A stretch of 64,000 nucleotides of DNA. It comes from Chiloscyllium plagiosum. Lineage: Eukaryota. The position numbers and the translations under genes are program-made. Of this stretch, positions 60,000 to 64,000 are shown in pieces (position 1 is the stretch's first letter; each line of letters starts with the position of its first letter). The notes under the pieces were generated by a model, which saw only the letters and a program-made list of their open reading frames with translations, had not been told where the DNA came from and did not search any database. The stretch covers positions 1,862,985 through 1,926,984 of the forward strand of contig NC_057757.1 of assembly GCF_004010195.1 (NCBI RefSeq), given 5' to 3'.

Positions 60000-61488
60000 A
60001 TCAGATGACTCCATATTTCAACCTTCCACAAGAATCTGTCTTGAAAATATTCAAAGTTTCTACTTTTACTGATTGAGGGAAACAGCACTAAGAAAAATAT
60101 TCTCATCTATGTCTTGAATGGGTGACCCTTTAAACAGCAAATTCTGATTCTAGATTCGCCCAGAAGAAACAATGTCTTCTCAGGTGTGAGAATACGTATA
60201 GGGTATAAGCTGGTAGGGAAAGAGTTAAGCTCTGAGTTTTGTGAAACAAGAGATTCACTGAACATAACTCAGATCAGATAAGAGCTTACAGTTAACCATG
60301 GGGTGTTGGAGGCAAGGGGAAGGAGTTAACAAGCATTCATTATGTAGAGCCACTTAACACAATATTGGAAGCATTCAGTCTGTAAGGTCAGTTTAACAAG
60401 GTGGAAAGTATTCATTGTGTGAAGCCAGTTAAGGCTAAGAATATTCATTGTGTAACAGCAGATGGCTTAATCTTTGCTATTGACGATTGTAACGGTCACC
60501 CAATCAATATGTATGTTGCCTTATCTGGATGCTCTTCTCTGTAAAATGACTATATAAGTCACTAAGAAACTACTGTTCGAGAGAGAGGATCGAGAACTCA
60601 TGTCCTTGTGCACATGGGCGATCGCTATCTCTCCCTTCAGGGCCCAGAATAAAAAATGGAGGTGGTAAAACTATACTCTGTCTCTGAGCATTTTCCTTCG
60701 ACTGAGGGGAAAACAGGACGTTTCCACTGTCAAGAACCTTCAGGATCTTCCACGTTTCAGTTGCAATGTTTTGACTCTTCCAAACTCTAGCCTGTCCAAT
60801 GTTTCCTCATAAGACAACCTGCCCATTTCAGGTATTGGCTGAGTAAACATTCTCTAAACCATATCAAGTGTATTTGCATATTTCTTAAATAATGAAACCA
60901 ATACTTATCATTCCATATGTAGATTCATGAATATCCAGAATAACAGGCATAATATGCAGACCTTTGCATTCAATTCCCCAGTGAACAATCTTCTATTAGC
61001 TTTCCTAATTACTTTCAGTATTCTAACCTTCTACAATTCATGCACTGAAATACCCAGATCCCCCTTTACAGCTCAAGCTTCTGCAATCTCATCATTTAAG
61101 TGATCATGTGTTTTTGTTCTGCTGAGACAAACAATTGTACCTTATACTTCATCTGCTAGATCTTTGTTCACTCACTTAGCCTATCCATATCCCATTGAAG
61201 CCACTTCACTTTATTTTCCTATCTATCAGCAAACTGAACAACTATACAAAAGGTCTTTTGATCCAAATCCTTTATACAAGTTGTAGAAAGTGGAAACAGC
61301 AGCATTGATCTTAAGGTACATCACTTACTATATCTTGCTAACCAGAAAATGACTTATTTATGCTAGTCAGCTTCCTGTTAGCTATCCAATCTTCTATCCG
61401 TGCCAATGTTACCAACTACACTATTGTCTTTTATTTTCCACAATAACCTTTAACATGGTACCTCATCAAATGCCTTCTCAAAATCTGA
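60000..61488 (-). mobile_element. Old CR1 LINE remnant interrupted by LTR
   Basis: Reverse CR1 RT (..GGTACCTCATCAAATGCCTTCTCAAAATC = DFEKAFDEVP) and 3' region. Confidence 0.65.
60185..60726 (+). mobile_element. Probable solo LTR (retroviral/Gypsy type)
   Basis: TG...CA ends, 542 bp, tandem ATTCATT(A/G)TGT U3-like repeats, CCAAT ~60500, TATATAA 60551-60557, AATAAA 60648-60653; interrupts a CR1; no clean TSD. Confidence 0.7.
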
Positions 61489-61616
61489 ATTGCCCATCGT
61501 GTTAGGTGCATTAGTCAGAGGGAAATGGGTCTGGATGGGTTACTATTCAGAGGGTCGGTGTGGACTTGTTGGGCTGAAGGGCCTGTTTCTACACTGTAGG
61601 GAAAATAATCTAATCA
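61489..61616 (+). mobile_element. HE1 SINE 3' fragment
   Basis: AATTGCCCATCGTGTTAGGTGCATTAGTCAG..AAGGGCCTGTTTC..AATCTAATC. Confidence 0.88.
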
Positions 61617-63589
61617 TGAATTCATTTGCCAACTCTTCCTTTAGGTATTCCCCAAACATACTTTCTATAAAAAGGGCCAAAGTTCCGTCTGTTAAGACTT
61701 TTAAAAGCATCTGTAGAAACACCTTTTTATATTTCTGCCTATCTTTCTCCTGTGCTGTAATTTCTCCCTCCTTAAGAAATCTTTCAGTGATTCCTTGCAC
61801 GTTTCTAAAATAATCTGTCCATTCTTTTGATCTGTACCCTTTTTGCATAATTATACACATTTAATTTAAAAAACTTTTTGTCAAAACATTGTCTTGTACT
61901 CATCAGGACAACTTCTAAGAAATATGCAGTTTTTAAAAGTCACCAGGGGCATGTTGGCATAACTAGCTATCCAGAATTTATTGCTAATCCTTTGAGACGT
62001 AAAGTTGTAACACTAATACTGTGGGAGGGGGGCAACTACTGGTTGGTGATCAAGTAGCCATCTAACAGATGAAAGCCATAGAAATGCACCAGTTACAGTA
62101 CAATTAGCTGCCAAGCTTTAGTCAAAATTTAAGTCAGAAAGGTTAACTCTGACTGGCCAAGGCAATGCCCTGAAAAATGAAGCAGAAAATGCTTGTCAAC
62201 TATTCGGATGAAATAAAACAAATGTAGTCTGTGCACATGCTCTGTCAGCAAAAAGGGCTGTGCATTTTCTTGTTCCATGACCCCAAAGTGACCTTTCTTC
62301 AATATCTTAAAATTGAACTGGAAGTTCCATCATCAGGATGCCTTTTAAGAATTCATCCTTAGGAAGTAGTTTAGATACAATGTTCTGTGCACTTGAACTG
62401 TCAAGATGAAAACCCTATGCACTGGTTTAGAAAGTCACCTAGCTGGATCCGGGGTAGCTAATTAGTTTGTAACCTGGCTAAAATTTAGCTATGAGGGTTG
62501 TTGGTCTACTGTGCTGCATTTCAAAAGTAAAACTCTACCAGTTTCTGTAACAGACCATTAACACACACTGCCAGTTTGCATTTTGGAAGACAATTTCAGC
62601 TTGTTCCTGCCCCATTGAACTGACTTCTTCCCATCATGACTCCAATTTTTGTCCCTTTACCTAGTGTCTTCCTACCTACATCTGTGATTCTTCTGACATG
62701 CTATGTCATTTCAACATTTTCCAGCTTCTTGAGCATTATAGACATCCAAACTCTCAAAGGGCTGAAGAGCCTACTCCTGTTCCTAAGTATTATGCTCCTC
62801 TCTACATTCCAATCTTCAAGTGCTTGCAAGTACCTGTTTCTTCCTTGATCTAAGAAACTGGTGTTCCTTAGACCAATAGACCATCACCTTTCACCACTTG
62901 ACTAAATACATCTAACTAAACAATTTCTCCTTTTATTTGTTTCATTTCTTCCAAATAAAGGTGCTGCCAAAGATCGTCCTAGTTATTCCTGCATTTTTGT
63001 GGAGCACACAGAAAATTCCTCATTACAGTCTAACTCAGGGCTTTCAACCAACTCTCTCTGGTACATTAATAACTACATCAATGCAATTTCCTGCTCTCAT
63101 CAGGAAATGGAAAATGTTTCAAAATGGGCAATAGTGCATTGTGATGTCCACAGCCCATGAATCAATTTTTTTAAAACCCCAGACACCTTGACCAAGATTT
63201 TGTCCTTTTGCTTTAATGTAGCTGTTGTTAAATTTTGTTTGATAATGTTCCTCTGAAGGTCGTTGGAACATTATGCCACATTAAGAATACTCCTTAAATG
63301 TCAGTTGTTGTTAAACCTGCCTTTACCCAAGGTTTAGTCACCAATTTTCTTTCTGATTACTTTTACTTTTCACATGGCCCATCTCTAACACTTTTTGCCA
63401 CTTCCTCAACCTCTGTGCCTCCACTTTAGGTGATAAGCTTCATACTAGTATTCATAATAATCCCACCAACCCCATACTTAACAGTTCTTCACACCATGCT
63501 GTTTGAAAGGTATCCAATTTAATAGTTCCAGTTTCCAAATCTACAATGATGCTTCTTTTCAAAACAGTACATCTCATAAGTCTTCCTGA

Positions 63590-63758
63590 CAACTGACAAT
63601 GAATTCATGGTCATCATTTGATTGTTAATTCCAGATTTTTTTTTATTGAATTCAATTTCCACCGCCTGCCATGGCGGGATTTGAACAAGAGTCCCCAGAA
63701 CATTTCTAAGTCTCTGGACTAATAGTCCAACGATAATATCACTAGGCCATTGCCTCCC
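63590..63758 (-). mobile_element. tRNA-derived SINE head (family of 9890-10320)
   Basis: Minus strand GGGAGGCAATGGCCTAGTG (A box)..GTTCAAATCCC (B box)..GAATTCAATAAAAAAAAATCTGG. Confidence 0.7.
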
Positions 63759-64000
63759 TTGAGATGCTATGGAGATCCAAGCTTACTTTAATATCCTGAC
63801 CAGGATGCAGTTTTCTGCAATGTCACTTCATATCTAACCTTTTTTAAACAGAAAATGTAGAAAATACAGTATGTGCCTATGGCAGTCATTGAAAACTGTT
63901 ACTTTGTCAGCCAGTACTAGACTTATCCTAACGTCACAGTCATGCAGCACAGAAACAGATCCTCAATTTAACTCATCTGTGCCAACCAGACATCCCAATC

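Noticed and set aside
1-64000. CRISPR arrays, prokaryotic operons or an intact autonomous transposon
   Set aside because: No regularly spaced direct repeats are present, the DNA is vertebrate intronic sequence, and every RT/endonuclease frame is broken.

Overview
AT-rich, repeat-dense vertebrate genomic DNA, almost certainly from a cartilaginous fish (HE1-type SINEs and HER1/CR1 LINEs; shark-like). It is not prokaryotic: no CRISPR, rRNA or true tRNA genes were seen. The left end holds the last three coding exons of a plus-strand gene I recognise from memory as RADX (837-1151, 3366-3551, 6160-6290). A convergent, unidentified minus-strand gene has a phase-consistent 3' exon chain (15585-15533, 13905-13688, 13398-13261, 8408-8322) and weaker candidate upstream exons out to ~54 kb. 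The rest is intronic and full of CR1/L2 LINE fragments, tRNA-derived SINEs, DeuSINE relics, TA-flanked MITEs and a probable solo LTR. Penelope-like elements (PLEs) of several families are abundant; many are fold-back hairpins with 7-17 bp target-site duplications and carry minimal hammerhead ribozyme motifs. The most notable observations are the hammerhead-bearing hairpin PLE derivatives, TE insertions directly on splice acceptors, a candidate RADX poison exon, a ~0.65 kb inverted duplication of a composite TE junction, and a TE-free, CpG-undepleted AT-rich island at ~32.5-35.5 kb. Nearly all ORFs in the supplied track are spurious or decayed TE frames. TE boundaries are estimated by eye and no database search was possible.
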